DNA of 62,625 nt. Origin: Candidatus Dormiibacterota bacterium. Lineage in GTDB: Bacteria; Chloroflexota; Dormibacteria; DASZGP01. Location: the NCBI GenBank assembly GCA_049644325.1, contig JBARRR010000103.1:1-62625 (forward strand). Direction: 5' to 3'. This document shows, piece after piece, positions 1-8,753 of the stretch. The translations under genes and the position numbers were made by a program. The notes under the pieces are model-generated. The model was given only the letters and a program-made list of their open reading frames with translations. It made no database searches and had not been told where the DNA came from. Numbering within the stretch: position 1 is the first letter of the stretch; each line of letters begins with the position of its first letter.

Positions 1-889
1 CCGGGGTGTCGGCTTCGCGGTCGAGCTGCGCGGCGGCCTGCGCCAACGCGTCGGCGCGCTCCCTCCGATAGTCAACCCAAACCCCACCCCGCTCCGGCCG
101 GTCGAGGCGGGTGAGGAAGTCGGGGATGACCTTCTGCAGCTCTGTCAGGATCAGCTCGCCGTAGGCCCGAGCTTCGGGAAGCTCCTCCGAGCGCATCCGC
201 AGGATCAGCTGCTCGTACCCCTGGGGGCTGCCGAAAATACCGACGTTGGAGACCGTGCCCACCGGCAAGAGGCCGCGGGCGACGTCCAGGGCCGCGGCAC
301 GGGCGGCGCGGACCTGGGCCTTGTCGTCGGGGGGAATGGGGCCGAGCAGCATCTCGCGGACACTGCTACCGATCTCGATGTAGGCCTCGAAGAGCCCGTC
401 CATGGCGGCGACATAGCGTTCGCCGTGCGGCCCCGCCACCAGGTCGGGGTCGCGGTAGTAGCGGAACATGCCGCCGGGCTTGTCGGCGTAGGAGACGTAG
501 CGCGTCGATTGCTCCAGGTAGCCCATCAGCCGGCCGCGCTCCAGGACTTTGGTCAGCAGGTTGGACACCTGCTCGCAGCTGACGTGGACCCCAGCCAGCT
601 GGGCGACGGAGTCGTCGCCGTAGTCGCTGAGGACGCGACTGAAGAGGTCGGAGGCACGCGCCATCCCGACGTCGGCGCCGGCGGCGGCTTCGGCGTCGGG
701 GTCGTAGAACTCGTCAAGAAAGACGCGCTTCAACGGTTTGGCGGTGCGGCTGTAGCGGGCGAACAACGCCGCCCTGGTGCTGTCGGGGAGTCCGACGAGG
801 ACGGAGGCAGGACCGTCGATGGAAGTGAAGTGGCGGCCCAGGATCTCCCGTTCGGCGGTGCTGTACTCCGCCTCGACGTAGGTCTGCAT
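1..889 (-). CDS. ThyX-like FAD-dependent thymidylate synthase (long form), N-terminal part; the 3' end runs off the window
   Basis: Absent from the ORF track because there is no stop inside the window. My reverse-strand translation from the ATG at 889-887 reads MQTYVEAEYSTAEREILGRHFTSIDGPASVLVGLPDSTRAALFARYSRTAKPLKRVFLDEF... and stays open to position 1. The family call rests on my recollection of the 'ALFARYSR' N-terminus of long ThyX-like proteins. The + ORF 425..1141 is its antisense shadow. Confidence 0.55.
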   Translation of the reverse strand, partial: MQTYVEAEYSTAEREILGRHFTSIDGPASVLVGLPDSTRAALFARYSRTAKPLKRVFLDEFYDPDAEAAAGADVGMARASDLFSRVLSDYGDDSVAQLAGVHVSCEQVSNLLTKVLERGRLMGYLEQSTRYVSYADKPGGMFRYYRDPDLVAGPHGERYVAAMDGLFEAYIEIGSSVREMLLGPIPPDDKAQVRAARAAALDVARGLLPVGTVSNVGIFGSPQGYEQLILRMRSEELPEARAYGELILTELQKVIPDFLTRLDRPERGGVWVDYRRERADALAQAAAQLDREADTP

Positions 890-938
890 TCGAAAGCGAT
901 TATCGGCCACGCCACTGGAGGGGCAATACCATTCACAT

Positions 939-1595
939 ATGGACACTCTCAACCCCGCCGGCGGCCCATCGGCCGGCGAGGTGCCGCCACCGCTGCTGGC
1001 GCTGGAGGCCGTCCTGGCGCGCCGGGCGCAGCACTATTCGCCGCCCAAGCCCAGCGCCCGGCGTCGGTCCGCCGCGGTACTAGTGCTCTTCTACGAGAAG
1101 TCGGGCGAGCTCCACCTGATCTTCTTCCGGCGCACCGATAGCGTGCGCACCCACAAGGGCCAGGTCGCCTTCCCCGGGGGCTCGGTCGACCCCGGCGACA
1201 CCAACCTCCTGGAGACGGCTCTGCGGGAGGCGAAGGAGGAGATCGGCATCGACCCCGCCAAGGTTGTCATCCTCGGCGAGATGCGGACCTTCGACACCTT
1301 CGTCAGCAACTTCACGGTGACGCCCTTCGTCGGCTTCTACCCGGTCCCAGACCCGGAGTTCGTCCCCGTCGACTACGAGGTCGAGGAGCTGAGGGAGGTC
1401 CCGCTGGCCAAGCTGCTTGACCCCAGGAACCGCCACGTGGGCCGAGTGCCGGGCTTCAACGTCCCCTTCCCTCTCCCCTACTACGAGATCGACGGCACCA
1501 TCATCTGGGGCGCCAGCGGAGGGGTGGTCGAGGAGCTGCTGGCCGCGCTGAAAGAGGCCGAGGCCGAGACGACCGCGACCGGGGAGGCTGGTTGA
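939..1595 (+). CDS. NUDIX hydrolase, CoA pyrophosphatase type
   Basis: Nudix box GGSVDPGDTNLLETALREAKEEIGI, preceded by the CoA-type motif LIFFRRTDSVRTHKGQVAFPGG. Divergent from the ThyX-like gene. Confidence 0.85.
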   Translation: MDTLNPAGGPSAGEVPPPLLALEAVLARRAQHYSPPKPSARRRSAAVLVLFYEKSGELHLIFFRRTDSVRTHKGQVAFPGGSVDPGDTNLLETALREAKEEIGIDPAKVVILGEMRTFDTFVSNFTVTPFVGFYPVPDPEFVPVDYEVEELREVPLAKLLDPRNRHVGRVPGFNVPFPLPYYEIDGTIIWGASGGVVEELLAALKEAEAETTATGEAG

Positions 1596-2290
1596 CGCCA
1601 GCCGGCGCCCCACGGCGTTTTGCGCCAATGCTGGCCGGGACCGCCGCCGGTAGCCTGGGCCCGGCCGACCTCGAGGAGATCGGGATCTCGATCATCGCGC
1701 TCGACATCCTGGAGCTGTGGATGGGCGTCGGGTTCGACCGCATCCGCGCCGCCGGCGGGCTGGGTGCCTTCGTCGGCTGGGACGGCCCGATCGTCGGGGT
1801 CGCGCGGTACTCCGACGAGGCTCCGTCGGCGACCGGCTGGCGGGGGCGCGGCCTGCCCCAGCTCTTGAAGCAGCTGGATGACAAGCTCCGGCTGCGCTCC
1901 TCGGTCGACGGCGCGGTGGTCGACGTGGTCATCGACGACCTGAGAACGGAAGCCGCTTCGCTTGGTTCCGGCGTCGTCGACGCCACCGGCGACCGGGCGG
2001 TCACCGTCTGGTCGGGGGCCGGCGAGCCTCCGGCCGACGGCACCATCGTTGTCACCGAGGCCGCCAACCTGGAGGCCGCGGTGGGACGCTACCACTCCAG
2101 CTCCGGATGGACTGAGCTGGCGACGGCGGCCGACGGCCCCCTGGTCCCTGGCTGCGACTGCCGCACCTGCCGCGTCTCGGGCGCGGCTTACATCGCCAAC
2201 CTCGCGAACGTGCGTGAGATCACCGCCCAGCACCTCCTCGGCTGGCACAACACCCACCGGCTGCGCCTACTGGTCGAGGGTCCGAGCTGA
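1592..2290 (+). CDS. Truncated tRNA-guanine transglycosylase (TGT)-like protein
   Basis: TTG start overlaps the NUDIX stop, with a GGGGAGG RBS at 1581-1587. The N-terminal stretch is TGT-like (APMLAGTAAGSLGPADLEEIGISIIALD...GGLGAFVGWDGPIV). The C-terminal TGT zinc site is present (CDCRTC...AYIANL...LLGWHN). At 232 aa it is far shorter than the ~375 aa of canonical Tgt. Confidence 0.6.
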   Translation: MTPAGAPRRFAPMLAGTAAGSLGPADLEEIGISIIALDILELWMGVGFDRIRAAGGLGAFVGWDGPIVGVARYSDEAPSATGWRGRGLPQLLKQLDDKLRLRSSVDGAVVDVVIDDLRTEAASLGSGVVDATGDRAVTVWSGAGEPPADGTIVVTEAANLEAAVGRYHSSSGWTELATAADGPLVPGCDCRTCRVSGAAYIANLANVREITAQHLLGWHNTHRLRLLVEGPS

Positions 2291-2291
2291 C

Positions 2292-3431
2292 CTAGACGTC
2301 ACTGGTGGCGGCGGATGCCGCCACCTGCCCAAGCCGCAGCACCGCCCACTCCGCTGCATCGCGCACCACCGGGTCGGGGTCGCTGTCGCGGGCCCGCTCG
2401 AGGACCGTGATCGCGGCGCCATCGCCGGCGTTTCCCAGCGCGATCGCCGCATTGCGGGCCAGGCCGCTGCGGCCGGCCCGCCAGATGGCGGTGCCCTGGA
2501 ACCTGGCCGCGAACTGGTCGTCGGTCAGCTCCAGGCACTCGACCAGGTCCGGGAAGGGCACCGGCCCGCGCTTGGTGGATGGGCCGGGATCCTCGCCGGC
2601 GGGCGGGGCCAGGCGCTGGTTGATGGGGCATGCTTCCATGCAGAGGTCGCAGCCGAAGACCCAGGTCCCCATAAGGGGCCGCAGGTCCTCGGGGATGCTG
2701 CCCTTATGCTCGATCGTCAGGTACGAGATGCAGCGCCGCGCGTCCATCACCCCGGGCGCCACCAGGGCGCCGGTTGGACAGGCGGGGAGGCAGGCCCGGC
2801 AGCTGCCGCAGCTGCGCTGGGACACCGGGGTTGGCGGCAGGGGGAGGCTGACCAGCAGGTCCGCCAGCAGGACGTAGGACCCGGCAGCCTGGCTGATCAG
2901 GGTCGTGTTCTTGCCGACAAAGCCCACCCCGGCGCGCTCGGCGATCGGCTTGTCCATGGCCCAGCCGTGGTCGATGAAGGCCTTGCTCCGCACCTGTTCA
3001 AACTCGCCCTCGAGCCAGTGCACCAGCCGGTCGACGCCCTGGGCCAGCCGATCGTGGTAGTCCACGGGGGCGCCGCCCTCGCCGGGCAGGCAAGCGTAGG
3101 CGGCGACCCTGCCGCGCGGCCGCCCAGGCGCGCCTGCCGGGCCCTGTCCGACCTCGCCGGCGCCAAGGCCGTCGAGCGGGACCGCGGGGCGGTAAGCCCA
3201 AGCCAGCGACACCACCGCCCGGGCCCAGGGGTACCGGGGGCGCAGGTCCGCCGATTTCTCGACGCGCTCCCGGCTGAACCAGGGCATGCCGTCGAGCCGC
3301 CCCTCCTCGACAGCCGCCAGGGCCCGCCCGCGCGCTGTGTCGAATGCCGTCACGCCACCGACCCCGACAGCGGCCCAGCCGTCGTCGAGCGCCCGCTGCA
3401 CCAGCCGGTCGCGCGCACCTGACCAGCTCAT
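2292..3431 (-). CDS. queG: Epoxyqueuosine reductase
   Basis: Two ferredoxin-type 4Fe-4S motifs (CGSCRACLPACP and CDLCMEACP). Shows the typical QueG N-terminal region and a C-terminal HEAT-like tail (DPDPVVRDAAEWA). Confidence 0.9.
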   Translation of the reverse strand: MSWSGARDRLVQRALDDGWAAVGVGGVTAFDTARGRALAAVEEGRLDGMPWFSRERVEKSADLRPRYPWARAVVSLAWAYRPAVPLDGLGAGEVGQGPAGAPGRPRGRVAAYACLPGEGGAPVDYHDRLAQGVDRLVHWLEGEFEQVRSKAFIDHGWAMDKPIAERAGVGFVGKNTTLISQAAGSYVLLADLLVSLPLPPTPVSQRSCGSCRACLPACPTGALVAPGVMDARRCISYLTIEHKGSIPEDLRPLMGTWVFGCDLCMEACPINQRLAPPAGEDPGPSTKRGPVPFPDLVECLELTDDQFAARFQGTAIWRAGRSGLARNAAIALGNAGDGAAITVLERARDSDPDPVVRDAAEWAVLRLGQVAASAATSDV

Positions 3432-3518
3432 GCCCGGATTCTAGGCAACGCGTAGGCGTCAGCGGCCAACGGGGGCGCCCTATGATGATGGCCGTGCCCG
3501 GGTATCGGAGGGAGACCA

Positions 3519-3728
3519 GTGAGCCCCATCATCGTGATCGCGGTCATCGTGGCCATCGTCGCCGTGGTCGCGATCGTCGCCGTCCGGCGGCGCGGATTGG
3601 GCACTTCGGACGATGACGATGACGGCGGCACCACCACGTATTCCGATAGCAGCGATAGTGATTCCGGCGGTTCCGGTGGCGGCGACTCGGGAGGAGGTGG
3701 CGGCAACGGCGGCGGGGGCGGCGACTAG
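3519..3728 (+). CDS. Small single-pass membrane protein with an acidic/Gly-Ser-rich tail (hypothetical)
   Basis: GTG start preceded by GGAGGGA. One hydrophobic helix (IIVIAVIVAIVAVVAIVAV), then RRR, then a DDDDDGG...SDSDSGGSGGG tail. No family recognised. Confidence 0.4.
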   Translation: MSPIIVIAVIVAIVAVVAIVAVRRRGLGTSDDDDDGGTTTYSDSSDSDSGGSGGGDSGGGGGNGGGGGD

Positions 3729-3779
3729 CAGCTCAGCCGAGGCAGACCGCCAAGTCACCGCCGCAGCGGCGGACGAAAT

Positions 3780-5006
3780 TTAGCCGGCGGTGACGGGGGC
3801 TGGGGTAGCGGCCACGTGCGCGTGGCCGTTGCGCTGGTCCAGCGGCAGCGAGCAGAACTCCTCGTAGTCGATCAGCTCGGTGATCGTGGGGTGCTCGCCG
3901 CAGACGGGGCAGTTCGGGTCCTTGCGCACCTTGAGGGTGCGGAACGACATGTCCAGCGCGTCGAAGACCAGCAGCTTGCCGACCAACGGCTCGCCGATGC
4001 CCAGGATCAGCTTGATGGCCTCGGTTGCCTGGATCGCGCCCAGGGTCCCGGGGAGGACGCCGAGGACGCCCGCCTCGGCACAGTTGGGCGCCAGGTCGCT
4101 GTCGGGGTCCGGGGGCTCGCCGAAGATGCAGCGGTAGCAGGGGCCGTGCTCGGCGTCCAGCACAGTGACCTGGCCGTCGAAACGGAAGATCGAGCCGTGA
4201 ACGATCTTCTTCTTCTTCCAGACGGCGGCGTCGTTGAGCAGGTAGCGGGTGGCGAAGTTGTCGGAGCCGTCGACGATGAGGTCGTAGGGCTCGATGATCT
4301 CGTAGACGTTCTCGGAGCTGAGCCGGGTGTTGTGCTCGACCACCCTGATGTCGGGGTTGAGGGCCCGCATGGCGATCGCCGCCGACTGCGTCTTGGGCAT
4401 CCCGATGCGGTCGGTGGTGTGGAGGATCTGGCGCTGCAGGTTGGACTCGTCGACGACATCGAAGTCGACGATGCCAATGGTGCCCACGCCGGCAGCGGCG
4501 AGGTACACACCCGCCGGTGATCCCAGGCCGCCGGCGCCGATCAGAAGGACCTTGGCGTCAAGCAGCTTGAGCTGGCCGGCCTCGCCCACGTTAGGCAGGA
4601 TGGTGTGGCGGCTGTAGCGCGCCAGCTGCTCGGGCTTGAGCGCCTGCGGCACGCTGAACTTGTAGCCGTGCTCCTTCCAGCCGTTGAAGCCGCCGGCCAT
4701 CGACTTGACGTCGGAGTAGCCCATCTGCTGCATCGCCTGCGCGCTCAGCACCGACCGGATACCCGAGGCGCAGTAGACAACCACGGGCTGGTCCTTGTCA
4801 GGGATCGTGCGCTCGATGCGCAGCTCCAACCATCCGCGGGGCAGGACGACGGCGCCGGGGATGATGCCCATGCCCGTCTCATCGGGCTCGCGGACGTCGA
4901 CCAGGACCGGCGGGTTGGCGCCCTTCAGCTGCTCGGCCACCTCGTCAGGGTTGGTTTCCTTGACGTCGCGGCGCGCCGCCGATAGAAAGTCGCGAAAAGT
5001 AGCCAT
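3780..5006 (-). CDS. Rhodanese-ThiF/MoeB family adenylyltransferase/sulfurtransferase, with the rhodanese domain N-terminal
   Basis: N-terminal rhodanese domain with active-site loop YCASGIRS. ThiF/MoeB Rossmann motif LLIGAGGLGSP. Zn cysteines CYRC...CPVC. Confidence 0.9.
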   Translation of the reverse strand: MATFRDFLSAARRDVKETNPDEVAEQLKGANPPVLVDVREPDETGMGIIPGAVVLPRGWLELRIERTIPDKDQPVVVYCASGIRSVLSAQAMQQMGYSDVKSMAGGFNGWKEHGYKFSVPQALKPEQLARYSRHTILPNVGEAGQLKLLDAKVLLIGAGGLGSPAGVYLAAAGVGTIGIVDFDVVDESNLQRQILHTTDRIGMPKTQSAAIAMRALNPDIRVVEHNTRLSSENVYEIIEPYDLIVDGSDNFATRYLLNDAAVWKKKKIVHGSIFRFDGQVTVLDAEHGPCYRCIFGEPPDPDSDLAPNCAEAGVLGVLPGTLGAIQATEAIKLILGIGEPLVGKLLVFDALDMSFRTLKVRKDPNCPVCGEHPTITELIDYEEFCSLPLDQRNGHAHVAATPAPVTAG

Positions 5007-5076
5007 CAGGTTCCAGTCTCCACGTTGTTTTGAACCAAAATCAATCTTGAGCTATTTCCGACCAAATCTATCAGAT

Positions 5077-6585
5077 TTAGCTTTTTCGGCCCATGCCGAG
5101 GGCCAACCGCGCCAGGGTGCGGACGCCGAAGCCGCTGGGGCCGCTGGGAACCTCCTTGAGGGCGGAAACGCGGTTCCAGCTGGGCGCCGCAATGTCCAGG
5201 TGGACCCACGGCTTGCCGGCTGCAAAACGCCGCACAAAGAGACCGGCGGTGATGGCGCTGGCGTTGGGCCCGGGCGCGTTGTTGAGATCGGCGATGGGAC
5301 TGTCCAGCAGGGTCTCGTATTCCGTGAAGGCGGGCAGCTCCCATAGCCGCTCCCCCGCCAGTCGCGAGGCCGCGGTCACCTCGGCCAGCAGCGCCGGCGC
5401 GTCCGAGATCACGGCGGCCGCCACGGGACCCAGCGCTACCCGCTGGCCACCGGTCAGGGTGGCGATGTCAACGATGTCGGTGGCGCCGAGGCCGAGGGCG
5501 TGGTGAACGCCGTCAGCCAGGACCATGCGGCCCTCGGCATCGGTGTTGGTCACCTCGATGGTTATGCCGCTGCCCGACCGGACGACGTCCCCGGGGCGCA
5601 TGGACCGATCAGAGACCATGTTCTCCGCCAGGCAGAGGACGCCGATGACCTCGACCCGCGGCTTCAGCCGACCGATCGCGATCATGGCGCCGAGGACCGC
5701 CGCCGCGCCACCCATGTCGCCTTTCATGTACTGCATGTCGGCTGACGGCTTGATCGAGATCCCGCCCGAGTCGAAGGTGATTCCCTTGCCCACCAGGGCC
5801 AGGCGCCGGCCGCGGGGCGCAGCCCTCCCAGCGGGCCGGTAGCGAAGGGTGACCAGTCGTGGCGCCAGGGCCGAGCCCGCGCCGACGGCCAGGAGGGCGC
5901 CGTAGCCGCGCTTCTTCAGCGCTCGTTCATCGAGGACGTCGATTGCAAGGCCGGCCGTGGCTGCCTGCCGCCGGGCCTCGGCGGCGAAGGCCACGGGCGT
6001 CAGCGTGGACGCCGGCGCGTTGACCAGCTCGCGGGCGGAGTTGGTGGCCTCGGCCAGGACCTCTGCCTCCTCCAGGCGTCGCCGGTCGACGCGCGGAAAG
6101 GCGACCAGGGTCAGGCGCTCGATCGACCGGGCCGAGGGGCGCTCGCGGGGCTCGCTTCGGAGCGTAGCCTGCGTGAAGCCGCTCAGGACCGCAGCTTCTA
6201 CGGCCGCCTCCGCCAGGTTGGCGGCGTCTACCCCGGACACCATCTCCTCGGCGAATTGCAGCGCCACCGACCGACGAGGACCCGGCAGCTTGGGGAGGGC
6301 CAGCTGCAACGCATTGCTGAGGCGGACCCGGTCGAGCCGCTCCGCAGGCCCCATGCCCACCAGCGCGACCCGGGTTAGGCCCAACGCGCCCAGGCTCAGC
6401 GTGTCGGCGACCTCCCCCAGGCGACCCGTGAATCCTCCACCGCGGAGTAGCTGGCCGAGGCCCCCGGAGAGGGCCTGGTCCAGCTCAGCGACCTGAGCGG
6501 GCAGCGCCTTGACGCCTTCAACCACGGGCAGCAGCAGGACATCCGCCTTGAGGCGGGCGGCAGAGGCCGCGGTACGGACGACCAC
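5077..6585 (-). CDS. pepA: Leucyl aminopeptidase (M17)
   Basis: M17 signature NTDAEGRMVLADG. Also KGITFDSGGISIKP and a typical length of 502 aa. Confidence 0.9.
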   Translation of the reverse strand: MVVRTAASAARLKADVLLLPVVEGVKALPAQVAELDQALSGGLGQLLRGGGFTGRLGEVADTLSLGALGLTRVALVGMGPAERLDRVRLSNALQLALPKLPGPRRSVALQFAEEMVSGVDAANLAEAAVEAAVLSGFTQATLRSEPRERPSARSIERLTLVAFPRVDRRRLEEAEVLAEATNSARELVNAPASTLTPVAFAAEARRQAATAGLAIDVLDERALKKRGYGALLAVGAGSALAPRLVTLRYRPAGRAAPRGRRLALVGKGITFDSGGISIKPSADMQYMKGDMGGAAAVLGAMIAIGRLKPRVEVIGVLCLAENMVSDRSMRPGDVVRSGSGITIEVTNTDAEGRMVLADGVHHALGLGATDIVDIATLTGGQRVALGPVAAAVISDAPALLAEVTAASRLAGERLWELPAFTEYETLLDSPIADLNNAPGPNASAITAGLFVRRFAAGKPWVHLDIAAPSWNRVSALKEVPSGPSGFGVRTLARLALGMGRKS

Positions 6586-6596
6586 GCTGAGGTCTG

Positions 6597-7634
6597 CTAG
6601 ACCTCGACCTGCTTCGCTTCCTGTTTCGGGGCTGGGGGGCGCGGCGCCCCGGAGGCCTCGGCGGCCAGCTGGCCGCTGGGGTCGGTGTGGTGATTGCGTT
6701 CTTCGAGCAGCTTGGCCGCGGCCACGACGGCGGTCGTGCCGTCGCCGACGGCGGTGGTGATCTGCTTGGTCAGCTGGTGCCGAACGTCGCCGGCGGCAAA
6801 GATGCCGGGGATGTTGGTGGCCATGTTTGTGTCGGTGAAGAGGTAGCCAAGCTCGTCATGTTCGACGTGGTCTCGGAAGATATTGCTGTTGGGCAGGAAG
6901 CCGATGAAGGGGAACACGGCGCCCACCTGCAGGTCGCGGGTCTCCTCGGTCTTGGCGTTGCGCAGCTTGAGGTGGACCACCTTGCCACCGGCCTCGGCGG
7001 CGGCGTCGCCGACGATCTCGTCGACCACCGTGTCGAGGATGAACTCGACCTTGGGGTCGGATTTGGCTGCGTTGATGGCGATGGCCTGGGCTCGGAACTC
7101 CTGGCGCCGGTGAATGATGTAGACCTTCTTGGCGTAGCGGGTCAGGAAGACCCCCTCCTCGAGGGCGCTGTCGCCACCACCGATGACGGCCACCTCCTGC
7201 TCCTTGAAGAAGGCGCCGTCGCAAATGGCGCAGTAGCTGACTCCGCGGCCCGCGTACTCGGCCTCACCCGGGATCTCCAGCTTCTTGGGGGCGCCACCGG
7301 CGGTGACGATCACGGCGGGGGCCTTGTACTGGTTGAGCTGGCCTTTGACGACGACGTCGTCGCCGTCCTTGTAGATCTCCTCGACGTCGTCGTAGTCGAT
7401 CTCGAGCCCAAATTTCTTGGCGTGGGCCTCCATCTTCTCGGAGAGCTCCTGGCCCGTGATGTGCTCGAAGCCGGGGTAGTCCTCGATATCGAGGGTGTTC
7501 AGCAGCTGTCCGCCGGGGGCAAGTCGATCGAGGGCCAGGGCTTTCAGCTCGAGCCGGCCGGCGTACATGCCCGCGGCCAAACCCGCGGGACCTGCCCCGA
7601 CTATGATCACGTCGTATTGCTTCTCTTCGGACAT
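6597..7634 (-). CDS. trxB: Thioredoxin-disulfide reductase with a ~35-aa C-terminal extension
   Basis: FAD motif YDVIIVGAGPAGLAAG, redox CAICDG and NADPH motif VIGGGDSALEE. Confidence 0.93.
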   Translation of the reverse strand: MSEEKQYDVIIVGAGPAGLAAGMYAGRLELKALALDRLAPGGQLLNTLDIEDYPGFEHITGQELSEKMEAHAKKFGLEIDYDDVEEIYKDGDDVVVKGQLNQYKAPAVIVTAGGAPKKLEIPGEAEYAGRGVSYCAICDGAFFKEQEVAVIGGGDSALEEGVFLTRYAKKVYIIHRRQEFRAQAIAINAAKSDPKVEFILDTVVDEIVGDAAAEAGGKVVHLKLRNAKTEETRDLQVGAVFPFIGFLPNSNIFRDHVEHDELGYLFTDTNMATNIPGIFAAGDVRHQLTKQITTAVGDGTTAVVAAAKLLEERNHHTDPSGQLAAEASGAPRPPAPKQEAKQVEV

Positions 7635-7747
7635 TCGAACCTCAACCTGGCTGCCGCCACTCTGCGGCCTATGTCGTTAAAACGCCACCGAAGGGGGATA
7701 GCTTCCACGCCTCCCCGCCAGAGTTGCGCTAATCCTAGCCTGACCGA

Positions 7748-8746
7748 ATGGACATGGTAGGAAATCGGCTGCGCTGGAAGGCCGGCAAACGCGGGCACTA
7801 CGAGGGCTACTACATCGCCTTCAACGACCCCGAATCGGAGCGCGGGTTCTGGATCCGCTACAGCATGAGGGCGCCCAGCGACGAGGCCGAGGAGCCGGTC
7901 GCCCAGGTGTGGTTCATGCGCACCGACCGATCGCGCACGCCGCGCAACGTTGCCATCCGGCAAACCTTCCCGATCCAGCAGCTGAGCGCGTCGGCAGAGC
8001 CGTTCTACGTCGAAATCGCCGACAACCGCCTCTCCGCCGACGGCTGCCGCGGCGCGATCGCGTCCGATGGCGTGGAAGCCTCCTGGAACCTGGACTTCGA
8101 CTCCGTCCTGCCGCCGATTGCGCCAACCCCGGAGTGGGGCGCGCGCGTAGCCACCTGCTTCCTTGAGCCACGGCCACTGCTGCGCATCTCCGGCACCATC
8201 ACCGAGAACAACCAGGAGGTCGCCGTCGAGGGTTGGCTCGGTGAGCAGGCCCACGTCTTCGGCAAGCGGCACAGCCAGCGCTGGCACTGGGCCGAGTGCA
8301 AGCACCTGGGCGCCCCCGGGCGCGCCTTCACCGGGTTCGCCGCCTGGCCCGCGCTTCCCGGCGGCGTGCGTACGGTTACCTCCCTGTACCTCGAGCTGGG
8401 CGACGGCCGGCGGATCCTGCGCAACCGCTTCCGCGAGATGCTGAAGCCCGTCACCGAGCACTCGCCCGACGGCTGGGAATTCGACGCCGAGTACGCCCGC
8501 GACAGGCTGGTGGGCAGCGTTCGGCCCGACCCCGACGACCTCATCGGGATCACCTACCACGACCCGTCGGGCCAGCCCATCTACTGCTACCACTCGGAGC
8601 TGGCCGACTTCAGCCTGCAGTACCACCGGCGGTCCAAGCCTTCAGCCGAGTGGCGGCTCGAAGAGGAGTTCACGGCGCCCAAAAGCGCGTCCTTCGAGTA
8701 CGGCAGCGCCACCGCGCTGGAAGGCATTCCCTTGCTTCTGAGTTAG
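7748..8746 (+). CDS. Hypothetical protein, possibly tocopherol-cyclase/AttH-like beta-barrel
   Basis: Coding-like composition. The N-terminal GHYEGYYIAFNDPESERGFWIRYSM resembles the 'FEGWYFR...F.F.YS' start of tocopherol-cyclase-like proteins. The similarity is weak and recalled from memory. Confidence 0.5.
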   Translation: MDMVGNRLRWKAGKRGHYEGYYIAFNDPESERGFWIRYSMRAPSDEAEEPVAQVWFMRTDRSRTPRNVAIRQTFPIQQLSASAEPFYVEIADNRLSADGCRGAIASDGVEASWNLDFDSVLPPIAPTPEWGARVATCFLEPRPLLRISGTITENNQEVAVEGWLGEQAHVFGKRHSQRWHWAECKHLGAPGRAFTGFAAWPALPGGVRTVTSLYLELGDGRRILRNRFREMLKPVTEHSPDGWEFDAEYARDRLVGSVRPDPDDLIGITYHDPSGQPIYCYHSELADFSLQYHRRSKPSAEWRLEEEFTAPKSASFEYGSATALEGIPLLLS

Positions 8747-8753
8747 CGAGGAT

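Noticed and set aside
1592-2290. Idea that the TGT-like gene is DpdA of a 7-deazaguanine DNA-modification (Dpd) system
   Set aside because: There are no dpdB/dpdC-like or helicase/nuclease partners nearby. The protein is much shorter than DpdA, and its neighbours are a NUDIX hydrolase and tRNA-pathway queG.
3758-3772. Short hairpin CCGCC-gcagc-GGCGG between the small membrane ORF and the rhodanese-MoeB gene, as a possible bidirectional terminator
   Set aside because: The stem is only 5 bp in GC-rich DNA, which is not distinguishable from chance.
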